This document shows, piece after piece, positions 1-11,431 of a stretch of 64,000 nucleotides of DNA. Positions within the stretch are counted from its first letter, which is position 1. The number at the start of each line of letters is the position of its first letter. Below the pieces are notes generated by a model, which saw only the letters and a list, made by a program, of their open reading frames with translations, searched no databases and was not told the origin of the DNA. Origin of the DNA: Glaucostegus cemiculus (lineage: Eukaryota); contig CDPCPM010000151.1 in assembly GCA_976551045.1 (NCBI GenBank), positions 9,610,001 to 9,674,000 on the forward strand, in the 5' to 3' direction. Made by a program: the position numbers and the translations under genes.

Positions 1-326
1 AGGCTCACTACTCAGAGTGTGATGCTTGTAACCCCTCTTATCCCTAACCATTGGCAGCATGTTTTCACTTGCTAAGGCTTTAAGCTCTGGAATTCACTCC
101 CTGAAATGCTTTCCCATCTTAAAGTTGTCCAAGCTAGTGATCACCTGTCCAGATGTCTCCTTATGTGGCTTGGTCTGAAATTTTGTTTGATCACAACCAT
201 ATGAAGTTCCTGGGAATGTTTATGCTCTGTTTAAGTCACTTGTGTCAATAATATTTGATCTTACTGAAGGACTCAGAGTGTATGTGACAAAGTGTAGGCA
301 GGACAGGGTCTGAGAGAGGGGATTGT

Positions 327-525
327 CTCACCTGGACTCGCCTATCACCTGAACTCACCTATCACCTGCCTGTGTGTGCTCCTCCCCCTCCCCCCACCTC
401 TTATTCTGGCTTCTGCCCTCTTCCTTTCCAGTCCTGTTGAAGGGTCTTGAGAGGAAATGTTGACTGTTTATTTTCCTCAGTGGATGCTGCCTGATCTGCT
501 GAGTTCCTCCGGCACTTTTTGTGTT
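327..525 (+). mobile_element. Penelope-derived short element with degenerate hammerhead motif
   Basis: cagtc-ctgttga-agggtcttgagag-gaaa-tgtt-gactg at 429-466 followed by gatgctgcctgatctgctgagttcctcc; homologous to 56181-56374. Confidence 0.75.
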
Positions 526-2500
526 AATGTTTGATTCTGAAGATTAATGAGATGGTTGTGGGGAGCGGGTGTGAGAAGAAGGTGCAATTGTTCCTTGCAT
601 CATTGGTTTAGAATTCCTTCTGAATGTTTGCCAGCTATCCACCTGACACTAGCTTTGCACTGGGTCATGGTCAGCTACGATACCCACCTAAGTCAAATAG
701 CCATTTAGTATTCACAGCTGAAGCTCACACATGGTGGAATCAGTCCTGAGTCATTATAATACAATTGGTGTACAGAGAAGACAAGGCAAAGTGCATTGCA
801 TAGATAATTAAAAACTGAGTTCCTTCATTCCATGAAACAAAATGACGAAATAATGTTATTGATAAAATTTTTCTGGTGATAAGTGTGCTGTGGGGTTCTA
901 TACTTGTGATTATTTGGGGCGCTGAGGTGCGGTGTTCAATAGAGAGTGGGTCAGCTGTCAACCAGAAAGTGGGGTGGGGCTACTTGAAATCAGGATATCC
1001 ATATATGTGAATTGGTGCCAGGATCCCATCGTGAAGACTCACAATCAACAGCTTGTAAACACAGCATAAGTGCAGTGTGGCATCATTTCATCCAGCATAA
1101 AACCAAAGGAATTACATGAACTTCTTGTTTTGCACAAAGCCACATTACCATGTTCTAAATGATAAACAAATGCAGGGGCACTAGTCAGGACACAATGCAT
1201 TTCCTTCCTTAACAAAATTTAGTACACAAAGACCAATTTTACCCACAGCAATAGTTTATTTCCAGTCAATTATTTTAAACTAAATTCATATTCTCAAATT
1301 GTGAGATTTAAGTTTAAGTTCAATTCAATTACAAGCCCATTAACAAAGCCACTACACCACCATAGCCTACATTTTACTAGGTGTTGGTTACAATGTTGCT
1401 GAAATTGGGTCAAGATTGAGTAACCATGTTTGTCTAGAATTTCTCTCGTAATTTAAATATTTTTTAGGTGTGGTTCAAATAAAAGTTTAAGAGGAAGTAG
1501 ATACGACGGTTTCAGTGCGGATAGGATGTTTATGGGGCTGCTTCCTAAATACAATCTCCAAAAATAAACTTGCATTTTGTGTCATTAATTGGTCTCAGCA
1601 CCTTTACCTTGGCAAAATTCTCCAACAGAAATTGCCAGCTAGCTGCAGATTTCACTACAATGACAGCACATCCTTGACAAATGTTAGTTTGGCAGGAAAT
1701 GCCTTAGCTACATTGATGCAATGCATGTAAATTTCATTCACATTTGTATATTTCATTAACATTCAGCCTACAAAAAAGTAAATCACTCCCAACAAAGAAA
1801 AATGCGCTTAAGCACTCTGCTGAGTATTCTTTTTAGTTCCCATATAGGTTAATAAACCACAATGTCATTTACTGATATGCTTAAAGGAAGGAAATCTGTT
1901 TGCTCCAAATTGTTCATCAAAATCTGTATATTGTTCAGAACATTTCAATGTAGGATTGGTTTTGAGCAAAATAAGCAGTTGATTTAATTCCTTTGGTTTC
2001 AAACCAGATGACCCTACACTGCCCTGTACAGCTTTTTGCTTGTCGTCCAGTTTATAAGGTGCTGATTTTGAGTCTTTGCCATGGGATCACACCACCAATT
2101 CACACATGTAGGTACCTTGATTTCAAATAACCTGCCCCCTACTGGCTAACAGCTGAAAGGCAGGGTCCCATTCTCCATTTGATACCACAAAAGGTAAGGA
2201 TGTTTTTCAAAGAAAGATAATGAATGCTGTGCAATCACCTTCTGTTGGCAGAGCTTCTGACGGCCCTGCCCATATGACAGTTTTACTCTGTGAGGGCTGG
2301 GGGAGCAGGGGTTGGGGGAGCAGGGATGGGGAAGTCTGCCGTTATTTACAGTGCCTCAGTGAGAGGGTTAAGCAGGTATTGTATAGCTAGTTCAGGTTCT
2401 AATCAGCGCTGATCTCGTTCCACAAAGATATGTGTTTTTTCCTAAAATGCTACTGCCAATGTTGTCCTAGGCTGGTGGTGTGAGAATTTCTACCGTGCAT

Positions 2501-2708
2501 GAAAAACACTATGATGCTGGAGGAACTTAGCAGGCCAGGCAGCTTCCGTGGAGAAAAGCAGTCGGTCAATGTTTTGGGTCAGGACAGGTCAGGACCCAAA
2601 ACGTTGACTGCCTGCTTTCCTCCACGGATGCTGCCTGGCCTTCTGAGTTCCTCCAGTGTCATCGTGTTTTTCGTCTAGATTCCAGCATCTACAGTCCTTT
2701 GTTTCTCT
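2501..2708. mobile_element. Inverted (hairpin) unit of Penelope-tail element
   Basis: 80-bp arms 2501-2580 and 2593-2672 are reverse complements (about 10 mismatches by hand count), plus tail tccagcatctacagtc; degenerate TSD tctaccgtgcatg / tctattatgcatg. Confidence 0.85.
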
Positions 2709-3281
2709 ATCTATTATGCATGGTCAGCGAGAGGAGATGTCCACCTCCCCCCAGTCCTGCATCGTCCAACCACTTCAATCCCTCCTCAGGTTGCAGGAAT
2801 AATGATAACCCAGCTTCCATTCTTTTCACCAATGATCTGTGCAGGCTACACTTTGGCTCAGATTTTTTGTGGGGGGAAAATCATGGCAAATCTGCCAGTG
2901 CTTAAGAAATGGAAGCAGGAGGAGGCTTTTCAGCCCTTCATGCCTGCTCATGATTGATCTCTTGCTTCGGTAACACTTTCCTGCACTAACCCTTGATTCC
3001 TTTGGTATCTACAAATCCTTTGGTCTCTGAATGAATAGTGACTGAGCTTCCAGAGTCCTCTTGGGTGGTGAAACCCAAAGACTTGCCCACCCTTTACGAG
3101 AAGAAACTGCTTATCAACTTTAATCTGAATGTTGAACTTTTATTTTGAAACAACAGTTCCTGTTTTTAGACCCCCAAGCCACGGGAAGCATTATTGCCAT
3201 AGTTATCCCATAAAGCCCCTTGCCATTGCACCATGTTACCAAAGGCAAATTCCTGCTTCCTGTGCATATGTTTGGGATCAG

Positions 3282-3880
3282 AGAGTCATAGAATCATACA
3301 GCACAGAAACAGGCCCTTTGGTCCAACTCATCTATACCGACCAAGATGTCTATCCAAGCTAGTCCCATTTGTTTACATTTGGTCCATATCCCTCTAAACC
3401 TCTTCTATCTATGTACCTGTCTAAATGTCTTTTAAACATTGTACCTACTTCTACCCCTTCCTTTGACAGCTTGTTCCACATACCCACCACCCTCTGTATG
3501 AAAATGTTTCCCCTTCATGTCCTTTTTAAATCTTTTCCCTCTCACCTTAAATCTATGTTCTCTAGTTTTAAACTCCCCTACCCTGGGAATAAGATTTTGA
3601 CTAGCCACCTTATCTATGGCCCTCATGATTTTATAACCTCCATTGGGTTATTATTGGCCTCTTACATTCTGGGGAAAACAACCCCAGCCTATCCAGCCTC
3701 TCCTTATAACCCAAACCCTCCAGTCATGGTAACATCCTCCTGAATCTTTTCTGCCACTTTTCAGCTTAGTGACATCTTCCTATATCAGAACTGCACCCAA
3801 TGCTCCAAGTGCGGTCTCACAGATGGCTTGCACAGTTGTAACATGATGTCCCAACTCCTCTACTCAATGCCCTGACTAAT
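3282..3880 (-). mobile_element. CR1-type LINE 3' fragment
   Basis: Minus ORF 3432-3626 resembles the CR1 ORF2 C-terminus (NLIPRVGEFKTREHRFKVRGKRFK); typical elasmobranch CR1 3' tail. Confidence 0.85.
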
Positions 3881-4487
3881 GAACTTAAACCATTGCAAAA
3901 GTCATGGAGTTGCAGGCAGCTGCTCATGACTGTTTGCCTGACTGTGATCTTAACATTAGACTGCGTGCAATCCAAAAAGGGTCAGATACTGCAAAGTTCC
4001 ACATAGCATCAGATCCCACAAATGGAGATTCTAAATGGAGACAAGAATTATAGAGCAGCCTATGCCAATTGAGGGAAGGAAAGCCATTGTTGAAGCAGCT
4101 GTAGATGGGGTTGGTGTGTTTATAACACTGACAAAGGTACATTGCTTCCATTGACTTCAACTGAGGATAATGACTCTCAGGACTGAGATAGATGGTTGTT
4201 TTTCAGTTGTTTAGATGCACCTGAGCATTTTTAATTGTTTTTATCTGTTTTCAAAATATTTTTAAGTTGTTGACCATTTGGAGAGTTTTAATAGTTTTGT
4301 TACTGAATGCCAGAATGAATAAGTGAATGTCAAACCTTCATTGAATTTTGACACTTGCAGTAGTTTTGGCTTTGTTAGGGAGCATGGTTTAGCCTTGCTT
4401 TTTTTTCAGTAGTTGTAGCATATTCTGGCACACCCAGTTGCTGGAATTGTATGGAGGTGAAGTCTTGCTCATGCATAGGGTTTCACT

Positions 4488-4541
4488 ATGACCTCTAGAG
4501 TTAGCTCTGGGTTGCATGTTCCAGATGGAAGAACCACCAAG
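4488..4541 (+). CDS. RGS14: RGS14 first coding exon (MTSRVSSGLHVPDGRTTK)
   Basis: ATG with A at -3, in-frame upstream stop TAG at 4476-4478, strong donor AAG|gtaagt at 4541/4542. LHVPDGR resembles the mammalian RGS14 N-terminus (LGVPNGR). Polypyrimidine acceptor (ttttttttcag, 4408-4409) suggests the exon begins near 4410 with upstream non-coding exon(s). Confidence 0.75.
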
Positions 4542-4741
4542 GTAAGTGCAACTTTCTTTCTAGGTCAGCAGTCAGCTGAAAAGGAGTCCAGAGTCATTCT
4601 GTATCCCACTGAAGTGTGGATTTCCCAACTTGATAAGAAGAAGTGGCCACCCTACACGTGGGATGTGGATGTTGCTGGGAAGGGCAGAATTCATTGCCCA
4701 TCCCCCAAGTACCCTTAGGAACCACGGTGGTGAGTTTAAAC

Positions 4742-5490
4742 AAAATCTGATAATTCTGGAAATCCTCTGCCGGTCAGGCCACGTCTGTGGGAGTAGAATC
4801 AATATTTCAGGTTGGAAACCCTTCATCAGAACTGAAAAGGAGACAAAAGAAGTCTTTAAATCTGCAGGGAGGGTCAGGGTGGGGGTGTAAGTCTCTGATA
4901 GGGTAATCCCTGTGTGACATGGCGATAAACAGTAAGCAAGGTCATCTGGTCAATGAGTGAATGGGAGTAGTTAGAGAGTGAGAACATAAACAAAAGAATG
5001 TAGGAGATGTGAAATGCAGAGCAGGAAGACATGCCTGGCAGGTCAGGCTGAGATTGTCTCCAGTTCCAGAGTGAAGGAAGAAGCAAAAAACAAACAGGCT
5101 GAGCTAATATCACAGATGGATGGCTGATACAGACTGAGAATTCAAGTTACCTGAAGTTGTAGAATTCAATATTGAGTCTAGAAGGCTGCAACGTGACCAG
5201 GTTGAACCTGAGATGTTGTTCCTCAAGCTTGCATTGGGCCTCGTTGCAACTTGCAGGAGATCACAGACGAGAGGTCAGTATGGGAATAGGATGGAGAATT
5301 AAAGTGGTAGGCAATGGGAAGCTAAGATCGCCCCTAGAGACTGAACGTAAGTGTTCCTCAATGCGGTCACCCAATCTATATTTGGTTTCTCCCATGTAGA
5401 GGAGACCACACTGTCGACACTATTTGCAAGTCACTAGATTGGATGAATCTGGAAAGACTGGGTCTCTGGATGGTGAGCAGAGAAGAGGTT
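4742..5490 (-). mobile_element. Penelope-like retroelement 3' fragment: GIY-YIG endonuclease C-terminus, 3' UTR, hammerhead motif
   Basis: Minus-strand translation 5419-5147: CRQCGLLYMGETKYRLGDRIEEHLRSV ... (frameshifted) PIAYHFNSPSYSHTDL ... KLEEQHLRFNLVTLQPSRLNIEFYNFR*; CTGATGA (4829-4823) and GAAA (4808-4805) downstream. Confidence 0.9.
4796..4834 (-). ncRNA. Minimal hammerhead ribozyme motif (best-preserved core in the window)
   Basis: Minus strand reads cagtt-CTGATGA-agggtttccaacct-GAAA-tatt-gattc: both core boxes intact, helix II gggtt/aacct, palindromic ATAT in place of helix III, weak helix I. Activity unknown. Confidence 0.6.
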
Positions 5491-8451
5491 ATTTTGTTTA
5501 TTTTCTCACCCTCCAACTGCTCCCATTCACTCATTGACCAGATAACCTTGTTTACAGCTTATCCCCATGGTCACCCTGGAATTGATGGGCTGAAGAGCCT
5601 GTTTCCCTGCTGTATGACTCTGTGACTCCATATGATTACGTGAGAATGACTATGTTACCATGTTGCCTGATTAGTCTGTGGAACAATGTTCCCAATTTGG
5701 GGACTGCACTCTACATATTGGTGAGGAGGAGTTTGACTTGGCTGTTTGTGGCTTTGGAATCTGCTGGAGAACCTGGCCAGATTCTTACTGCGTTAATTTA
5801 GTGCAACTGGATGACCTCCTCAGAATGTTCCAGAGTCCCAGATCTGGAGATATCTCACCTTTCCTTCATTACATCGGGGTCAAAATTCTGGATCACCTTA
5901 CCCAACACTATGGGTGTGCACCTTCACCAACAGGTCCAAAGGGCAGCTCATTAAGGGGCAGTAGGGACGGGCAATAAATGCTGGCATCACCAGCCATGCT
6001 CTGATTCTGAAAACAATGATTCAAGATTTACTTTATTGTCATTTCTCTGAGTACTTACATACACAAAAAAATGAAATACTGTTTCTCGCCAGCTCATATC
6101 AGTACAACAGAAGGAACAGTGATAAGTATCTAAAATAGTCTAGAAAATCTCTAAAACAAAACTAAAAACATAACAGCACCACATATTCATGTCTGTTAAA
6201 GTGTGTTTATGTATTAATAAGTGCTTATACAGTTTGAGATGAAGTTCAACTTATCAGGTAACTAACTATCAAACTGCTTCTGTATTGATGTGAATATATA
6301 CGTGTGTGTGGAAGGAGAGCTTGTCGGTGGAAGTGGAAGGGGACATAAACAAATTGATTGAACAAATAATGAGAGCTGTTAAGAATCAATCACATTGCTG
6401 GGAGTAAGGATACTAAACCAGATGGGTTTTTACAGGAGTTCTGTTACCTCTTAATTCCTCTACTATTCTTAATACTTGACAACTTTACCAAAACACAAAA
6501 TGGTTCAGCTTCTCATGCACTTGCTAGGCAATTATGCATATTGAGACCACAGGCCCAATGAGAGTCTATGGTGCAATTTTAACTCACTAGTTGGACACGG
6601 ATTGTCAATTGTGGCTTACAGTTAACATACTGAACTGGTAAGAGCAGACCAATTAGGATTCTTAGCACAAGGAGGAGGAAAAGTAAAGGTTTGTAGACAG
6701 GATTTGTGGGTATTGCAGGTGACTAATTATTACTCATTCACGCATATCATTACTCACCGCCTGGAAGCACTCTGGTGGTTGAGACTGCAAGTTAATAGTG
6801 GTTGATGCAAAAAGGAAGGGCAACATTTACACAGAGCCATATCAAAGCAGAACTCCCTGCTTCTGTTCATGTGGTGCTCTTTCATATTTATCATACATTA
6901 AATGGGCAGATGTACTATCTAACCTAAGGGCCATGCCTGGGATGGTGCAGGGCTCTCCCAGTACTCCAGCCTTGATTGTTTGCTTGTCTCCATAATGGGC
7001 TTCAATCCATAAACAGAGATAAGAATCAATGAAAAAGGATTAGCAAATCAAACAATGTGATGAGCATGTTCATGTATTCAGTTCCCTTTAGTGAAATTGG
7101 GAAAGGATTGTAATGCTGAAACTAACCCCAATATTGCAGTAATAAAGCTACTTAACAATCAGGAACAACTTTACTACTGTAATATTAACAAAACATTGTG
7201 AAACATCTAAAACAGTCTTTGCTGGATCCTGTTTCTCTTGAGAAGGAATTGCATGGGGAAGGGCAGGAATGGGTATGGGGATGGGAACATTTAAAAAGAT
7301 CCCAACAAGGGGATCCAAGCATTGCTTTCCCATTCCTGCTGGCCAATTTAGGCTAAAATATTTCTACAAGGTGGAATTTAACATTATCGAATTGCAAGTA
7401 AGGGAGCTTTGGCTCTCTTGTATTGTAGTTTTAAATTAATCATTAAATAATATATAGAAATGAAATAGCTGGAGGTGGCAGGTTATTGAAAGTTTGGGTC
7501 TTTAACTCTATACCCCTATGTAAAGCACCAGTGAAGTACTTAAGTGTAACCTTCATTGTAGAGAAGAGAACTCAGTGACAAATTTGCAAGCAACAGGAGC
7601 TTTCAAATGGTTTTAATGAGGGGAGAGTCAACTTTCGGGATCTCAGAGGCAACTCTGTGGATTTTTTTAAAAAGTCAGACGGAAGGATGAGGAGAATTTT
7701 TTATGTGGAGAGTGGTCATGGGAAGTGAGACTAACTGAACATTACATGTTTGGGAACTAGAGCGTCACTTCCTGTGAATTGTGTGGGAGAAAGGAGGAAG
7801 GGATAGTTCAGGATTCTGAAGAGCCCTCGGTGATTATGCTCGCATACGTGGAGACTAACATGTTTAATTTGAGATGCTTAGTATTATTTAAAGGCCAATA
7901 CGGTAACAGAAAGTCTGGTAAGTGCCAGTTTGGCTAACGTGATTCTCATGACTGTGGGTTGGGTGGAACTGTTGGAGGAGAGAGTCACTCTTTTTGACAG
8001 TAAACACTTGATGAAAAGTCATGCGATTGAGAAAGAGGTGAGGCATTTGAGGGTGATGGGTTGGGTTGGGGATGGGAGGGTGGGAAACAGTCACTGGTGC
8101 CAGATTGGATATGTAGGAGGAAGATGGACCTTAGTACATCTCATTGCTTCCCAGAGCACTGCTTCTTAATAAGACTTCCATTTCAAAATCTGTGGCTCAA
8201 CAAACTGCTTATTGTCTAACCTTCATGCTGTGGTCTGTTTGAGTGGTTCAATGGGTTCTCCTTATACAGAATATAGTGTACCAGTCAATGATGTGCCAAA
8301 AGTTCAAAATAATACACCTTCAGCTACAATGGAGTTCATTACTTGATTTTTACAATAGTGTAACACTTCCAATAAGATAACATCACTATAGAAATGGGAA
8401 GCTGCAGAGGCTGGTACAATTACAACATTTAAAAGACACTTGGACAGATAC

Positions 8452-8745
8452 ATAAGATATCTTTATTGTCACATGTACATCGAAACACAAAGTGAAATGC
8501 ACCTTCTTGTGTAGAGTGTTCTGGGGCAGCCTGCAAGTGTCACCATGCTTCCGGTGCCAACATAGCAAGCCCACAACTTCTTAACCTGTATGTCTTTGGA
8601 ATGTGGGAGGAAACCGGAGCACCTAGAGGAAACCCACGCAGACACGGGGAGAATGTATAAACTCTTTACAGACAGTGGCCGGAATTGAACCCGCTTCGTT
8701 GGTGCTGTAATAGCGTTATGCTAATTGCTACACTACGGCACCTGC
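8452..8745 (-). mobile_element. tRNA-derived V-domain SINE inserted in a CR1 3' tail
   Basis: Reverse complement has a tRNA-like head (ggttcaattcc B box) and V-domain gggtttcctc...ggtgctccggttttcctcccaca; CR1 tail flanks at about 8390-8451 and 8757-8880. Confidence 0.85.
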
Positions 8746-8959
8746 CCAACCAACACAACATAAAGAAAGGTCTCGAGGGATATGGGTCAAACACAGGCAA
8801 ATGGGATGAGCTCAGACAGACAACTTGCTGAGCTGAAGGGCCTGTTTCCTTGCTGCATAACTCTGTGACTCTGTGTCTGTAAAACATTTTTTTATTGGAT
8901 AGTTCCTTTGAAACTTACCTTCAATTCCTCATGGTAAGGGAGAGTTAAAATATTACATC

Positions 8960-9560
8960 TCCATTTTGTTGACTTGGCTGTAGTCATTCATCCCAGTGAT
9001 GAATTGGTACCTTGCTTTGATTATGTGGCATTACTTATCCCTATTTCTGTAGAAGTTACATTGACATCTTGGTGTTGATGTTACTGGTATTGATACCACT
9101 TGATGTTGGTATTACTGCTCATGGTGTTGGTGTTGTTGATGGCGATGTTGGTGTTGCCGCTGATGCTTCCTCTTCCATCAGCTCTGGTGTACGTTGCAGT
9201 TGGATTTGCTTTCATTCATCTGTCTCGGGGTCAATGAACTACCATCTTGGGGTATCAGCAATGTTGATGACCTTAGCATTGTTCCATGTTTTCATTATTG
9301 GACCTTGTACAGGCACTGCTTGTCCTTTATAGTGTTGGTTTTATAGTTTCGGCTTCCTGTTACCTGGTTCAAATACAAGCAAGAATGTTATTTCATATTT
9401 ATCGACTGCTACTTCAAATTCTCATTTTTCAGAAGATTGAAAGTCTTAAGAGCTACAACAATAACCACAACAGTCAGAATCATGTTTACAGAACAGGGGA
9501 TTCCTGCAATATTGATAAATAATAACAGAACCCAATTTATTTCCAATGAAATTAGAGAGT
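8960..9560. mobile_element. Degenerate Gypsy/Ty3 pol relic (integrase core on +, C-terminal part on -)
   Basis: Plus 9362-9560 translates WFKYKQECYFIFIDCYFKFSFFRRLKVLRATT...MFTEQGIPAILINNNRTQFISNEIREF, resembling the rve core DYYSKF...GIPxxLxSDNGxQF. Minus ~9330-9190 gives KGQAVPVQGPIMKTWNNAKVINIADTPR. Confidence 0.6.
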
Positions 9561-9701
9561 TCTTCATTTTCTCTACATGTCCCTACTTGTTATTTGCACA
9601 GCTTTTCCCAATGACTGTGGTTCTCTGGGGTTTGATATATATGCAAGGCATTTTTATCTCTCTGTAAATTTGTGTGATCATCTGTCGTAAAACCTATTTA
9701 A

Positions 9702-9990
9702 GGTATCTTCATTAGTCACATGTACATTCAAATACACCATGAAGTACATCTTTTTGCATAGTGTTCTGGGGGCAGCCCGCAAGTGTCGCCATGCTTCCAG
9801 CGCCAACATAGCATGCTCACAACTTCCTAACCAGTACGTCTTTGGAATGTGGGAGGAAACCAGAGCACCCAGAGGAAAACCATGCAGACATGGGGAGAAC
9901 GTACAAACTCCTTACAAACAGTGGCCAGAATTGAACATGAGTCGCTGGTGCTGTAATAGCATTGCGCTAACTGCTACACTCCTGTGCCTG
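9702..9990 (-). mobile_element. tRNA-derived V-domain SINE
   Basis: Homologous to 8452-8745 and 12700-12980. Confidence 0.85.
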
Positions 9991-11158
9991 CATTCATTCT
10001 TTTGTCTCTTTTTTTTAACTGAATCAACACTGTTTTCTTTCCTATAACTGGTAACACTTGGGTGTGATAGTGAATGTTGACACCCGCTATAGTAAGGTTC
10101 TACCTGGGTATAATCCCCATTACATTTAAATAATTTCAGGAATGGCCTTCTTTTGATTTCAGCCTGTACACTACTGTAAACAGCACTGAGAAGTTAAGCT
10201 TAGGACTGGTGGTCAATGCTTTCTTTGAGTCAAAATCTTAACATTTTGTACTTGTTTAGCATTTGTAACATCAAAAAAGACTTTCCAGGGGTTCACAAGA
10301 ATTTTAACAGAAAAAATATTAAACCTGGCCATATAAAGAGATCTTCAGACAGCTGAGCCAAAACTCAGGCAAAGTGATATGTTTTAATGAGCATCTTATT
10401 GGAGGAGGGGGAACTAGAAAGAGATGGAGAGGTTTAGAAATGGCAATCAAGAGGTAAAGGGCAAAACACTGAAGGTATGGTAACTAACAAAGGGCTGAAG
10501 GAATAAGGAGTGTACAGGATGTCAGAGATCTCAGGGGTTAATAGATAGGAGAAGGTTACAGAGAGAGGCAGGTGTGAGGCTGTAGAAGTAGGAGCCAGGG
10601 TGCTGGGGGCCTGCTCAAGAGAGGGTGTGTACTTGGAAGTCTAACCTCAACAGTCATGGCCCCAAATGTTCTGGCCAGGTTTGACTGGGTGGATTTGGAT
10701 TTCTACGTTAATAAACTTGGGAATTCCTTTTCATACTGAAACCATGATTCATGAATGATTCATGAATTCACAGGCTTTTTTAACAGGGTTATTTCCACAG
10801 CAACTATTATAATTATCAGAAAGTCTTAAAAACAGCTAACTGTGTGATTTAGTGTAATGTCTGTTGCAGCATCCAGAGGATGCACAAAAAAATCCCAGAA
10901 TAGAAACATGCCAAGTGACAAAATAATCAGGTTTTGCCACTATCAGTTCAGGATAAATGTTCCCTCGGACTCAAGTATGGTTACCTGTCCTTCTTCAAAT
11001 TATTGCATTCAACTTTTGCATCAGTTCAAGTGGTAACCATAGGTTCTGTTTAAGGTCTCAATCAAAGACAGTCTCTCACTTCAGAATCTGTGGGCTAGCT
11101 GAATACCGTTTGATGTAAACTCAGAGATCAAGATACACAATTACCCAATACCTGATGA

Positions 11159-11430
11159 CCAGTCCCAATGAAGGGTCTCAACCCGAAACATCGACTGTTT
11201 GTTTCCCTCCGCAGATGCTGCTTGACCGGCTGAGTTTTGCTGGAGGAACTCAGTGAGTCAGGCAGCATCAATGGAGGGAAATGGTCAGTCGACACATCAA
11301 GTCAAGATCCTTCATCTGGACTCGACCCAAAATGTTGACTGTCCATTTCCCTTCATAGATGCTGCCTGACTCACTAAGTTCCTCCAGCGCCTTTGCATGT
11401 TGTTCCAGAATTCCAGCATCTGCGGTGTCT
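11159..11430. mobile_element. Three-armed (+/-/+) cluster of Penelope-tail hammerhead elements
   Basis: cagtc-ccaatga-agggtctcaaccc-gaaa-catc-gactg at 11160-11197; inverted arm 11238-11322; third arm to 11430 ending ttccagcatctgcgg. Confidence 0.8.
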
Positions 11431-11431
11431 A

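Noticed and set aside
327-370. CRISPR-like or regulatory direct repeats (ctcacctatcacctg)
   Set aside because: Short tandem duplication within a Penelope-derived element in eukaryotic DNA; no spacers or cas genes.
10744-10769. Small palindromic tandem atgattcatgaatgattcatgaattca
   Set aside because: Consistent with a simple local duplication; no supporting context.
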